Shown piece after piece: positions 23,001-33,678 of a stretch of DNA of 64,000 nt. This DNA comes from an uncultured Planctomycetota bacterium. GTDB lineage: Bacteria; Planctomycetota; Planctomycetia; Isosphaerales; Isosphaeraceae. Numbering within the stretch: position 1 is the first letter of the stretch; each line of letters opens with the position of its first letter. The DNA lies in the NCBI GenBank assembly GCA_963845755.1, contig CAWJTV010000011.1, forward strand, positions 1,430,028 through 1,494,027, read 5' to 3'. The notes under the pieces are model-generated. The model had not been told where the DNA came from, did not search any database, and worked only from the letters and a program-made list of their open reading frames with translations. The translations under genes were made by a program, and so were the position numbers.

Positions 23001-24557
23001 ATGAACTATCCCAAGACACTGCTCGTCAGCCAGGACCCGTCGTTGATGGAGGCCGTCCGCGGGGCCTTCTCATCGACGCGCGGGTTCCAACTCGAGGTCG
23101 TCGCGGAGATCGAGACGGCCTGCAAGAGAATTCTAGAACACGATCAGGTCGTTGTCACCCTGATCCACCTCGATGGGCGGACAAATGTCGCCGGATTGAC
23201 GCAAATCCTCCAAGTGGCGGCCCAGGCGGCCCGGCCAGTGGTGACGATCGTCATCTGCGAGCACGAGTACCCCGAGCAGAGCCTGGCCCTGGCGCGGCTC
23301 GGCGTGGCGGACTGCCTGGGCCGGCCGCTGAACCTCGGCCGCCTGGCGTACCTGATCGATTCTCTGACGCTCAAGGCCCGGCATGAATCCCGCCGGGCTC
23401 CGGCACCGGAGCCGGCCCCGAGCGAGGTCCTATCGCTGGGGGATGAGTCGCCGTTCCTGTTCGCGTCCAACACGCGGATGGGTCGGATGGCCGAGCAGAT
23501 CAAGCGGATCGCCCCGCTGGACACGACGGTGATGATCGGGGGTGAGACGGGGACGGGTAAGACGCAGCTCGCCGGGGTGGTCCATCGACTCTCGTCGCGG
23601 CGGGACGAGCCGTTCCTGACGATCAACTGCGGGGCGCTGGCGGCCAACCTGATCGAAAGCGAGATGTTCGGGCACGTGAAGGGGGCCTTCACCGGGGCCG
23701 ACTCCGAGCGCATCGGCAAGTTCGCCGCCGTCGGCCGTGGCACGCTGTTCCTGGACGAGATCGACTCGCTGCCGACGGAGCTCCAGGCCAAGCTGCTGCG
23801 GGTCGTCGAGGAGCGGGTCTTCGAGCCGGTCGGGTCGAACAAGACGATGAAGCTGCGGGCCCGCCTGATCGTGGCCAGCAACAGGCCACTCGAACGAGAG
23901 GTCGCCGCCGGCCGGTTCCGGGCCGACCTGTTCTACCGATTCAACGTAGTCGCCTTCGAGCTGCCCCCCCTGCGGGACCGCGTGAACCTGATCCCGTCCC
24001 TGGCCCGCTCGCTGTTGGCCGAGTACGCCGCCCGCGATGGCCGCCGGATCGTGGGCATCGCGCCCGCGGCCATGCAGGCCCTGGCCGCCTACACCTGGCC
24101 GGGCAACATCCGTGAGCTCCGCAACGTGATGGAACGCGCCGTCGCCCTCTGCCCCGGAGAGGTCGTCGAGCTGGATGACCTGCCCGACGTCTTCCACGGG
24201 ATCGCACCGACCACAGCCCCTGGACGAGAATCGCCGTCGTCTGCGGCCGGATCACCGGACGCGCCGGGTGGCGGCCCTAATGCGCCGATCACGGCCTTCG
24301 AAGTTGCTGTCGGTCCGCTCCCCCGGGCCCCCGCGACCCTCCCCTTCGCCGCGCCGGCCGCAAACCTGTGGGCCGCCGATGGATCGCCCTCGGGCCGCTC
24401 TGCCCTGGCGACGTCCAAGGATCGGGCCGAGCTCTCGACCATCACCCAAGCGCTGGAGCGCCACGGCCACAACCGCCTCCGCGCCGCCGCCGAGCTGGGC
24501 ATCAGCCGAATGACCCTTTACAAGAAGCTCCACAAGTACGGGCTGATGGAGGCCTGA
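23001..24557 (+). CDS. Sigma-54-dependent Fis-family transcriptional activator with atypical receiver
   Basis: GETGTGKT, GAFTGA, LFLDEID, FRADLFYR, WPGNIREL, C-terminal HTH AAAELGISRMTLYKKL. Confidence 0.95.
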   Translation: MNYPKTLLVSQDPSLMEAVRGAFSSTRGFQLEVVAEIETACKRILEHDQVVVTLIHLDGRTNVAGLTQILQVAAQAARPVVTIVICEHEYPEQSLALARLGVADCLGRPLNLGRLAYLIDSLTLKARHESRRAPAPEPAPSEVLSLGDESPFLFASNTRMGRMAEQIKRIAPLDTTVMIGGETGTGKTQLAGVVHRLSSRRDEPFLTINCGALAANLIESEMFGHVKGAFTGADSERIGKFAAVGRGTLFLDEIDSLPTELQAKLLRVVEERVFEPVGSNKTMKLRARLIVASNRPLEREVAAGRFRADLFYRFNVVAFELPPLRDRVNLIPSLARSLLAEYAARDGRRIVGIAPAAMQALAAYTWPGNIRELRNVMERAVALCPGEVVELDDLPDVFHGIAPTTAPGRESPSSAAGSPDAPGGGPNAPITAFEVAVGPLPRAPATLPFAAPAANLWAADGSPSGRSALATSKDRAELSTITQALERHGHNRLRAAAELGISRMTLYKKLHKYGLMEA

Positions 24558-24781
24558 CGAATCCCGGTCGGATGGATCCTGGCCCGCTCACCCGTCCCTC
24601 CTTCTCGGGCTTGGAGTCGTCTCGCCCGTATCGCAGAAAATGCCGTCGCGACGCCGCCCTGCAATCCGGAGGCTACACTTTGGGATTGGCAGCGATCGAG
24701 GGGCGAGGTGACCCTTGCCCCGGTCCGTCGCTCCCGAGCACCCCGTAAGTGACAAGGCCGCCGAAAGAAAGGAGCAAGTCG

Positions 24782-25115
24782 ATGGGTCGTTCTCGTCTCG
24801 GGGACTTCGCGCGTATCGCGGTCCTCCTGGTCGCCGCGCTCACGCCGGTGCCGGCCCGAGCCGGTGGGCACAAGGATCGCCACTGCGCGAACGCCCCCGG
24901 CCACGTCGATCCGGCCGCGATCCCAAGGGCCTATCCCCCCCCCGGGTTCGATCACTTCCGCGCCCGGAAATCCCTGGTGTTACGCCATCCCGATCCAGGC
25001 GGTCTACCAGTTTCCCGCCGTGATGGCGAATCAACCGGGGGCCGAAGTCGGGTGGCTCCGGGTGCATCCGGAATACGGCCTCCTCGGTGGCCAACCCCAC
25101 CTCTACCACCCCTGA
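24782..25115 (+). CDS. Small exported hypothetical protein; frameshift in the poly-C run near 24940
   Basis: Signal peptide (IAVLLVAALTPVPARA) joined to GNPWCYAIPIQAVYQFP...HLYHP*. Confidence 0.5.
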
Positions 25116-25445
25116 GGCTCGGGGGCGAGTGCGAGTGCGGCACCGATCGGGACGCTGGCCCGGCGCGCCCGCCATCCGGATGGGCCGACAATTCCGCTCC
25201 GGGGGCCGCGCCACTCGCCCAAGGCACTCCCGGGGCGGAACCCTCACCGCCCGGGTATTGCGGCGCGCAGGACGTGTTGGCCAATCGTCCCTCCCCACAG
25301 CCGTTGTTTTCAACCGTCCCAGCATGGGAAAGCATCCAACACCTGATGCTCCTCTTAATAAGCTTGCTCAAGTCGTGCTTTCCGCCGCTCCGATATCATC
25401 TTTGATGATTTTTCTGGTCTTAATAACCAGACGGGGTCGAAAAAC

Positions 25446-27490
25446 ATGGCGATTCTCCGTGGTCACAGGGTCGCCGTTGATGCGCGTCTCCTCTCATCAC
25501 CGAGGCGTCTCCTCGCTCTCGTGGCTCTGACGGCGGTGCTGAGCCATGCGGCGCAGTGCAGGCGCCGTTCCCTCCGGCATCGCCACCGCCGTGGATTCCA
25601 TCCGCGGCCAAACCGCTCGAGGCGTTGCCGGCAGGTAGCCCGGCGTCCGGGTGGCCCCACGATTCTCCGAGGAGAGCGAGATCCCGGCGAGCTTGCCCCG
25701 GGTCCCGTTGTCGGAGCCCCGACCGGCGCAAGGTCCTCGCTCCGCGGCCTCGTTCGTCGAGAGCCTCAAGGGCAACGACGCTACCTTCGATGTCCTGGTG
25801 AACCAGGCACGGATCCTCACGCTCAAGCAGGATCTCATCGCCGGGCCAGCCCGGCCGCTGATCGCCGTCGGCGATCCGACGATCCTGGACTTCACCATCG
25901 TCAGCCCTCGCCAGCTCCGGATCAGCGGCCGGGCGATCGGCGTGACCGACTTGTCGATCACGAATGCGCAGAACGAGACCGTCGCCTTCGAGGTCCGGGT
26001 CCTCGCCGACCTGACGCTGATCCAGGGCACGTTGCGGACGATCTTCCCGGACGCGAGCATCCACCTCAGCCAGGTCCGGGACCATATCGTGATCGAGGGC
26101 GAGGCGCGGGATCCGGCGCAGATCGCTCGGATCATTCAGACGCTTTCCGCCTACCTCGCCTCGGTCTTCGTCCAGCAAGGGCGGACGGTCGCCGTCGGGC
26201 AGACCGGGCAGATCATGCAGGCGATGCAAGCCACGGGGCCCCAGGCACCAGGCGCGGCGGCCGGCGGCATGGCGGCCGGGGCCGGGGGCATGGCGCCCGA
26301 GGCTGGCGGCCAACGCTCCGGCGCCGGGGGCGTGCCGGGACAACCGACGATCGCCGGCATGCCGGGGCCAGTCGGCCCCGGAGGTCCCGGGACCGCGTTC
26401 AACCCGCTGGCCGCGTACGCGACCTCGGCGGAGCTTTCGGGTAACAGCCTTATCGCCAACCGCGGCGTCGCACCCCAGATCATCAACTTGATGCGAGTCG
26501 CCGGCTCGCAGCAGGTGTTGCTCAAGGTCCGCATCGCCGAGCTCAACCGGACCGCCCTGCGACGGATCGGCGCCAACTTCCTGGGCGTGGATCCCCGGAC
26601 GGGGGGCATCGTCGGCTCGATCATCGGCGGGCCGACCAACTTCCAGGGGACAATCGGCCAGCCGGGCCAACTGGTCCGGGGCAAACAACTCTTCGGCTCC
26701 GCGAGCATGCTCCAGAATGGGTTGGACACGACTGTCTTCGGCATCTTCCAGGACGCCAACTTCGAGTTCGCACTCGGCGCCCTGCGGCAGAACGGGCTGC
26801 TCAAGATCCTCGCCGAGCCCAACCTCGTGGCGCTCAACGGTCAGACCGCCAGCTTCCTGGCCGGCGGCGAGTTCCCGGTGCCCGTCCCCCAGGTCAGCGC
26901 CTCAGGCGTCGCCCCGACGATCACCGTCCGGTTCCGCGAGTTCGGCGTCCGCGTCGGCTTCGTCCCTTATATCCTCGACGGCGACGTCATCCGGCTCACG
27001 GTCGCCCCCGAGGTCAGCAACATCGACAACACGATCGCCGTCACCCTGGTCGCGGGCGGCACGCCGGTCCCCGGCCTCGATACCCGCAAGGCGCAGACGA
27101 CCGTCGAACTCCGCGAGGGGCAGACCCTGGCCATCGCCGGCCTGCTGCAATTGTCGCTCAACGGCAATACCGCGCATCCCCGTCCTGGGCGACTTGCCGA
27201 TCATCGGGCCGTTCTTCAGCAACACCTCCAGCCAGCGGACCGAGAAGGAGCTCGTCGTGCTGGTGACGCCGTACCTGATCGAGCCGATGAGTCCCGGCCA
27301 GGTCCCGCCGACGCCCGGCGACGAGGTCAAGGAGCCCAACGACCTGGAGCTCTTCTTCCTCAACCGGATCGAGGCCCGCACCGGCAAGGACTTCCGCTCC
27401 ACGACCGAGTGGGACGACCGCTTCGGCCTCCGCCGCCACCTGAAGCTGGAAAAGAAGTATGTCAATGGCCCGGTCGGATTCTCGGAGTGA
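25446..27490 (+). CDS. cpaC: Tad pilus secretin CpaC/RcpA; frameshifts near the N-terminus and near 27170
   Basis: IAVGDPTILD (pilus N-domain), QQVLLKVRIAELNR, LAEPNLVALNGQTASFLAGGEFPVP, IPVLGDLPIIGPFF..EKELVVLVTP. Confidence 0.92.
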
Positions 27491-27579
27491 CGGAGATCCG
27501 TCCGGCCGCCTGTCCCGCATCGGTCTTCGATCGCCGTCACGGAGCATCGGGCGATCGTCCCGAGATCGACGACTGACCA

Positions 27580-28374
27580 ATGGAGGGTAAGCGAATGCCT
27601 CGTGCACTCCGACGGAACCTGCTGCTCTTCGCCGGGCTGATGCTCGCCGGCGCTCAGGGTCCCGCCGCGTCGGCCCAGGAGGGCCCGACGCCTGCGGCCC
27701 CGCTGTCGGCTGCGAGCCTACCCGGCTTGGTGGCCGCGCCCGCGGCGGCTCCCCTGGTCGCGCCGGCCGCGACGGCGTCCGGGGGATGCACCTGCGGCAA
27801 TCGCCGCGGCCTGAGCCGCTGGCGGCATCACCGCGCCCACTGCAAGCGGCACCTCCAGGACCGCTTCCTGGGCTTCGCCGAGGAATTCAACGAATGGCCG
27901 CTGGGCGAGTCGGCCTACGCCCATGCCCGGAGTCAGGTGGCCAACGGCCAGGCCGCCCGGATGGTCTTCTACCATTACGACTTCGTCGATGACACGCCGC
28001 AGCTCAATACCCGGGGCCGCGACAAGCTGGCCGCGGTCGCCGCGGCGCTCCCGACCAACTTCTTACCGATCGTGGTCGAGCGCACGCCCAGGGAGCCCGG
28101 CCTCGATGATTCCAGGAAGTCGGTCCTCCTCGCCGAATTGGGCCGCGGAGCATTCCCAGTCCCCGCCGAGCGGATCCTCATCGGCCCCGGCATCGCCCAT
28201 GGCATGACCGGGTTCGAGGCCTACTACGCCATCTATCCCGGCCAGATCTCGAACCTGTCCTCGGGCGGGGCGATCGGGGGCGCCGGTGCCACCGGCTTCG
28301 TCGGCGGCGGCCTGGACTTCAATGCGGGGGGACTCTCCGGTGGTGCCGTCGGCGGCGGCGCCGCGGGCCGGTGA
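27580..28374 (+). CDS. Exported hypothetical protein in tad operon
   Basis: Signal peptide, globular core (QVANGQAARMVFYHYDF...LNTRGRDKL), Gly-rich tail; between secretin and TadD. Confidence 0.75.
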   Translation: MEGKRMPRALRRNLLLFAGLMLAGAQGPAASAQEGPTPAAPLSAASLPGLVAAPAAAPLVAPAATASGGCTCGNRRGLSRWRHHRAHCKRHLQDRFLGFAEEFNEWPLGESAYAHARSQVANGQAARMVFYHYDFVDDTPQLNTRGRDKLAAVAAALPTNFLPIVVERTPREPGLDDSRKSVLLAELGRGAFPVPAERILIGPGIAHGMTGFEAYYAIYPGQISNLSSGGAIGGAGATGFVGGGLDFNAGGLSGGAVGGGAAGR

Positions 28375-28496
28375 GCCCCGATCGTTCCGCCTCCGTCGTC
28401 GTTATGTCCATCCGAGAGGTGGCCCGCAGGAGGAAGTCCACCCAGCCCATTCCGGCGGACCACACCGCAGTCATAGCCCATGAAGGGTTTCAAGCC

Positions 28497-29408
28497 ATGA
28501 CGGCCACGCGTCGAACGCAATGCCTGGGGAGAGCGCTAGCGGCTGGGGCCTTGCTCGGTCTGGTCGGTTGCCATCAGTTCCCGTCCCCTCTCGGCAATCG
28601 AGCCGACCGGGGCCGCAATCAGGAGCCGAACGGCAGTTCGATCACGCCGGCCCAGGAGGCCGACGTGCAGATCAGCCTGGGCCGGGTGGCCGAGAAGCAG
28701 GGAGAACTGGAGCAGGCGATGGCCGCCTACCGCGCCGCCCTGGCTCGCGACGGCCGCCGCGCCGACGCCTACCTACGGATGGCGGTCCTCCACGATAAGC
28801 AAGGGAAGTTCCGGGAGTCCGCCGAGCTCTATCGCAAGGCCCTCGCCTTACGACCCGGCGACCCCGAGATCTTCTGCGACATGGGTTATAGCTTCTACCT
28901 CCAGCGCCGCTGGACGGAGTCGGAGCAGAATCTGCGCCAGGCGATCGCGGTCGATCGGGACCACCGCCGCGCCCACAACAACCTGGCCCTGCTCCTGGTC
29001 CGCAACAACCGTCTGGAGGACGCCCTGGCGGAGTTCCGCGATGGCGGCAGCGAGCCCGCCCAGGCGCACCTGAACCTGGCCTTCGCCCTGACCATGGAGC
29101 GACGCTGGGAATCCGCCCGGGAGCACTACCAGCGCTCCCTGGCCCTCGATCCCGCCTCACAACTCGCGAAGGACCGCCTGGGCCAGTTGAATGCCCTGGC
29201 CGCGAAGTTGGAGAATCGCCGGGACGGCACTCCACAGGACCCGCACGTGCTCGTCACCTCGGCCGACCACCCGCCGCCAGGGCGTGACGCCATGGTGAAA
29301 CCGTGGGCGACCGTCGACTCGCCCGCCGGTACCACCCCACGGCTCCGGCCCGGCCCTTCGGTCGAGGCGGCGGTGGCCCCGCTCAACAGGCGAGATCCCG
29401 GGCCGTAA
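28497..29408 (+). CDS. tadD: TPR lipoprotein, TadD-like pilotin
   Basis: Lipobox LVGC; several TPRs (DMGYSFYLQ, AHNNLALLL, AHLNLAFAL); tad context. Confidence 0.75.
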   Translation: MTATRRTQCLGRALAAGALLGLVGCHQFPSPLGNRADRGRNQEPNGSSITPAQEADVQISLGRVAEKQGELEQAMAAYRAALARDGRRADAYLRMAVLHDKQGKFRESAELYRKALALRPGDPEIFCDMGYSFYLQRRWTESEQNLRQAIAVDRDHRRAHNNLALLLVRNNRLEDALAEFRDGGSEPAQAHLNLAFALTMERRWESAREHYQRSLALDPASQLAKDRLGQLNALAAKLENRRDGTPQDPHVLVTSADHPPPGRDAMVKPWATVDSPAGTTPRLRPGPSVEAAVAPLNRRDPGP

Positions 29409-29444
29409 CTCCGGGTGTCAATCAGCGGCGATGGCGAGCGTAAA

Positions 29445-29475
29445 CGTTGACATCGTCTGTCAACGAAGGTTGACA
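29445..29475. promoter_or_regulatory. Overlapping palindromes of TGTCAAC/GTTGACA half-sites
   Basis: CGTTGACA-TCGTC-TGTCAACG (29445-29465) and TGTCAAC-GAAG-GTTGACA (29458-29475) upstream of the GT2 gene. Confidence 0.55.
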
Positions 29476-29799
29476 GGCCAACCGGGTCGGCGAAGCGGGG
29501 AACGCGATGGACCGCCGAGCGTGCGGTGTGCGGCGATCCTCCGCAAAGCCTTGTTGAGTCATCAGTTGGGGGTGTCATCGTGCAAGAGTCGGTGCCGCGG
29601 GGGATTTCCGGCGCCGAGTTGACGCCGATTGGCACGACAAATGGTAAGAGATGAGCTCGACGCTGTCACTGCGTCGGGCTCCCGGGCGGATCCCCATACT
29701 CAAAGGCCAGACGGCGATCGTCGTCCTCTCGTCGAGGAGGGCTCCCATGAACCGGAGAGATTGATGCTGTCGCCATTCCTGGGTTCTGGATCGACCTCC

Positions 29800-30597
29800 A
29801 TGATCAACGGCAAGACGGTGATCGTCGTCCTCCCGGCCTATAACGCCGCGAAGACGCTGGAGAGGACCATCTCGGATGTCCCGCCCGGGATCGTGGACGA
29901 GTTCCTGCTCGTCGACGACGCCTCGCGCGACGATACGGTCGAGCGGGCGCGCCGGCTCGGCATCCCCTCCATCGTCCACTCGCAGAACCAGGGCTACGGG
30001 GGCAACCAGAAGACCTGCTACACCGAGGCGCTGCGCCGGGGTGCCGACGTCGTGGTAATGCTCCATCCGGACTATCAGTACAGCCCCAAGCTGATCGGGT
30101 CGATGGCCTGGCAGGTCGCCTCGGGCGAATATGATGTCGTGCTCGGCTCGCGTGTCCTCGGCGCCGGGGCCCTCAAGGGCGGGATGCCGCTGTACAAGTA
30201 CGTGGCGAACCGTTTCCTGACCGCGGTCGAGAATATCCTGCTGGGCATCAAGCTCTCGGAGTTCCACACCGGCTACCGGGCCTTCAGCCGCCGAGTGCTG
30301 GAAACCCTCCCCCTGCACGAGAACTCCGACGACTTCGTCTTCGACAACCAGATACTCGCCCAGGCGGTCGCCTTCGGCTTCGCGATCGGCGAGATTTCCT
30401 GCCCGACCAGGTATTTCCCAGAGGCCTCCTCGATCAACTTCCGCCGCTCCGTGACCTATGGCCTCGGCGTGCTCGGGACGGCGTTCCGGTTCCGGCTCCA
30501 TCGCTGGAGGCTCCTCCGATGTGCGCTCTTTGAACAGGAGGGCCGACGCCTCGGAAACTCCCTGCCTGCCCATGCACCGGTCGCAGGTCGGGCCTAG
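29800..30597 (+). CDS. GT2 glycosyltransferase, polyprenol-phosphate sugar synthase (DPM1-like)
   Basis: [46 protein letters not shown]. Confidence 0.9.
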   Translation: MINGKTVIVVLPAYNAAKTLERTISDVPPGIVDEFLLVDDASRDDTVERARRLGIPSIVHSQNQGYGGNQKTCYTEALRRGADVVVMLHPDYQYSPKLIGSMAWQVASGEYDVVLGSRVLGAGALKGGMPLYKYVANRFLTAVENILLGIKLSEFHTGYRAFSRRVLETLPLHENSDDFVFDNQILAQAVAFGFAIGEISCPTRYFPEASSINFRRSVTYGLGVLGTAFRFRLHRWRLLRCALFEQEGRRLGNSLPAHAPVAGRA

Positions 30598-30720
30598 GGG
30601 CTGATCCTCGAGCGACGTACCGGTAGACGTTCCAGGCTCCCCACCCGTACATGGCGTGAAAAGCCGTCGATGGAAAAGCGAATCCGAACCCGGGTACTCC
30701 GAGGGTTGAGTGGTTCTTCA

Positions 30721-32277
30721 ATGCGAGCGACTCTGGTTGACATCCCGATGCGGGCGACGGATGCAAGGGCTTCCCGCGAGGAAGACCCGCGCTCCCTCTC
30801 GACGTCAAGCCGCTTCTCGGACACAGCCCTCCGGCTCGTCATCCTGATCGCGCTTTATGCGATCCCGGCAATCATGGTCATGAAGCCGGTCCAGGACCTC
30901 GATATCTGGTGGCACCTCCGCACGGGTCAATGGATCGTCGAGCACGCCATGGTCCCGGCGACCGATCCCTTCTCGACCTTCGGCCAGGACAGGCCCTGGG
31001 TTGCCTATAGCTGGCTCTTCGAGGTCCTGGTCTACGGCCTGTACGAGCGGCTCGACCTCAGCGGCATCATCCTCTATCGTGCCGCCCTGGGATTCGCCGT
31101 CGCCGTCGCCGTGCACCGTTTCATCGCCCGGCGCGAGCCGAGGTTCGTCGTCGCATCCGGCCTGACCGGTCTGGCTTTCATGACGTGCGCCTGCCTGATG
31201 AACGAGCGGCCCTGGCTTTTCACGATCCTCTTCTTCACGCTGACGCTCGACTCGGTGCTCGACCTCCGGGCGGGTCGGAGCGGGCCCTCGATCTGGCTCT
31301 TGCCGATCTCATATGCGCTCTGGGCAAACCTGCATATCCAGTTCATCTACGGGCTGTTCATCTTGGGGCTGGCCTGTGCCGCCCCCTGCATCGATCGGCT
31401 CCTTGGCCGCGGCCGGCCGGGGGCGCACGCCGATACGATCGGCTCGCGCGACTGGTGGCAACTCGTGGCCCTCACGGTCGCCTGCCTTGCGGCGACACTT
31501 CTGAATCCCTATCACGTCCGGCTATATGCCGTCGTCGTCGAGTACGCGATCCAACCCGCCGCCTTTCGCCTGGTCAGCGAGCACCGGGCCATGGACTTCC
31601 GCGGACCGGCGGATTGGGCCGTGCTGGCGATGGCCGGCTGGGCTACCTTCGCCCTGGGTTGGCGACGTCGGCTGCCGGCGTTCGAGTTCCTCCTGCTCGC
31701 CTCATCCGCTTACTTCTCCTTTCACACCAAGCGCGATCTCTGGTTCGTCGTGCTGGCGTCGCTGGCGATCGTAACGGGCGAGGGCTGCCGGCCCGGCTGG
31801 GTGATGGGCAGTTTCGCGCCGACTCGTCGGCGATCGCTGGCCGTCGCCGTCGGGGTTGTTCTCGTGCTCGCCGCGATCGGTTGGGGGCGCGGGCTCTCTC
31901 CAAGTCGCCTCGCGCAGGCGGTCGAGGAGAAGTTTCCGGCCAGTGCCGCTTCGTTCGTCGCGGAGCAGCACCTTAAAGGGCCTCTGTACAACCATTTCGA
32001 CTGGGGCGGCTATCTGATCTGGCGACTTCCCCAGCTCCCGGTCGCGATGGATGGGCGCACGAATCTGCACGGAGACGAGCGACTCCTGCGGTCCTGCAAG
32101 ACCTGGGCGGGCGAGCGAGGCTGGGACTCCGATCCCGAGCTCCGGGCCGCCGGCGTCGTGATCGCGAGCACCGAGTCGCCGTTGTGTTCCCTCCTGCGGC
32201 TCGCCGGCCGCTTCCGGGTGGCCTACGAGGACCCGCATGCCGTGGTCTTCATCCGGCGTCAACCGGCCGGGATCTAA
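30721..32277 (+). CDS. Polytopic membrane protein, probable GT-C fold glycosyltransferase
   Basis: TM1 followed by DLDIWWHLRTGQWI...DPFS; ERP; LWANLH; LLNPY; C-terminal soluble domain (WGGYLIW..MDGRTNL). Confidence 0.65.
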   Translation: MRATLVDIPMRATDARASREEDPRSLSTSSRFSDTALRLVILIALYAIPAIMVMKPVQDLDIWWHLRTGQWIVEHAMVPATDPFSTFGQDRPWVAYSWLFEVLVYGLYERLDLSGIILYRAALGFAVAVAVHRFIARREPRFVVASGLTGLAFMTCACLMNERPWLFTILFFTLTLDSVLDLRAGRSGPSIWLLPISYALWANLHIQFIYGLFILGLACAAPCIDRLLGRGRPGAHADTIGSRDWWQLVALTVACLAATLLNPYHVRLYAVVVEYAIQPAAFRLVSEHRAMDFRGPADWAVLAMAGWATFALGWRRRLPAFEFLLLASSAYFSFHTKRDLWFVVLASLAIVTGEGCRPGWVMGSFAPTRRRSLAVAVGVVLVLAAIGWGRGLSPSRLAQAVEEKFPASAASFVAEQHLKGPLYNHFDWGGYLIWRLPQLPVAMDGRTNLHGDERLLRSCKTWAGERGWDSDPELRAAGVVIASTESPLCSLLRLAGRFRVAYEDPHAVVFIRRQPAGI

Positions 32278-32320
32278 TACAATGATTACATTAATAATTT
32301 TAGTATCTAAATATATATCA

Positions 32321-33616
32321 ATGTCTATTGGATTGGCGGTCCTGCTGCGCGCCAGGATCAAGCCGTTCCACCTCTGGTCGGTGATCGTCGCAACCCTCGC
32401 GATCTTCCTGATCCACCTATATGCCATGTTCCCCTTGGAGTATTTCGGGTTCGACTGCTCGATCTTCTGGAGGGCCGGTCGTGACGTCTGGGCCGGGCTG
32501 GACCCCTACGCCGCGGGTCGCTTCGGCCAGCATCCTCTCCTCAATCCACCGAGCGCCCTCCCCCTGTTCGCCCTGTTCGCCCTCCCGCCCTACCGCGTCT
32601 GCCTCGCCCTGTGGACCGTGGCGAACATCCTGGCGAGCCTGACGCTGGTGGTCCTGGCACAATATACGCTGAAGCTCCAGGCGCGCATCGATGGTCGTAC
32701 CGACCCGACGGGCGCGGAGGCGTGGAGCCTCCCGCCCGCGACCCTCGCGGGATTGTCGATCTGCTTGACCTTCTCCGATTCTTCGCTGATGGGCTTCTAT
32801 CTGGGCCAACTCAGCGTCTTCGTGGCCGTGATGCTGTTCGCGGCGCTGGTGGCCCAGGGAAAGGGAAGGCCCGTCTGGGCCGGTGTCTGCCTCTCTCTAG
32901 CCACGGTCAAGGTCGGGACGATGCTCCCCTTCCTGCTGCTCTTTCTCCGCAAGGCCGATCGCTGGACCTGGGTCACTTTGACTGTGCTCATCCTCGGGTT
33001 TTGTTCTCTCACCGGTCGAACGAACGAACTGCCGGGGCGGATCGCAACAATCGTGGATCGCATTGGGGAGTTCTCGTCGCCGGGGCAAGTCAACGACTAC
33101 TCCTTTGAGGGCCCCCGGAACGAGAGCATCATCGGTCTCGAGCCGCTGTTCTATCGATTGGGACTCCGGGGCCGCGCGAGCATCAGGAATGCCCAATACA
33201 TCGCGCTGCTGATGCTCGGGGCGTGGGTCGCTTGCTCCGTCGTCCGGGGCGACACGTCCCGGCCGGCCGCATGCGCTCTGATCGCCCTCTACTCGATCCT
33301 TTTCCTTTACCACAGGGACTACGATTCGGTAATCCTGGCGATGCCCCTGGTCTACGGGGCCTGCCGGGTGCGGGTGGCTCCCGACCACGGGCATCGGCCT
33401 TCCATCACGATCGGCCTGCTGGTGATCGCGGTCCTCTATCTGAATGCGTTCCTGCTCAGGCCCTTGGCGAATTGGACCTTGGAGTGGGGAGGCTGGGGCC
33501 GATTCGTGCAGGCGACGGTGCTGCCCTATGCCACCTGGATGATTCTCACTGCCATGCTCGTCCTGGCCCTCGGGACGACGCGCGGCCGGCGGGATATCTC
33601 GCCCCAATCGCCGTAA
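32321..33616 (+). CDS. GT87/DUF2029-like membrane glycosyltransferase (1)
   Basis: FDCSIFWRAG..GLDPY..LNPP, GQLS, LATVK, YHRDYD; many TM segments. Confidence 0.8.
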   Translation: MSIGLAVLLRARIKPFHLWSVIVATLAIFLIHLYAMFPLEYFGFDCSIFWRAGRDVWAGLDPYAAGRFGQHPLLNPPSALPLFALFALPPYRVCLALWTVANILASLTLVVLAQYTLKLQARIDGRTDPTGAEAWSLPPATLAGLSICLTFSDSSLMGFYLGQLSVFVAVMLFAALVAQGKGRPVWAGVCLSLATVKVGTMLPFLLLFLRKADRWTWVTLTVLILGFCSLTGRTNELPGRIATIVDRIGEFSSPGQVNDYSFEGPRNESIIGLEPLFYRLGLRGRASIRNAQYIALLMLGAWVACSVVRGDTSRPAACALIALYSILFLYHRDYDSVILAMPLVYGACRVRVAPDHGHRPSITIGLLVIAVLYLNAFLLRPLANWTLEWGGWGRFVQATVLPYATWMILTAMLVLALGTTRGRRDISPQSP

Positions 33617-33678
33617 GGGTGGGGCCGCCATCCTGAGTCCTGGCTCCCCCGAGCGGACTGAGGCCGCGATTCTTCCCG

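Noticed and set aside
24935..24943. Phase-variable poly-C tract
   Set aside because: Cannot be told apart from homopolymer sequencing error given the window-wide indel rate.
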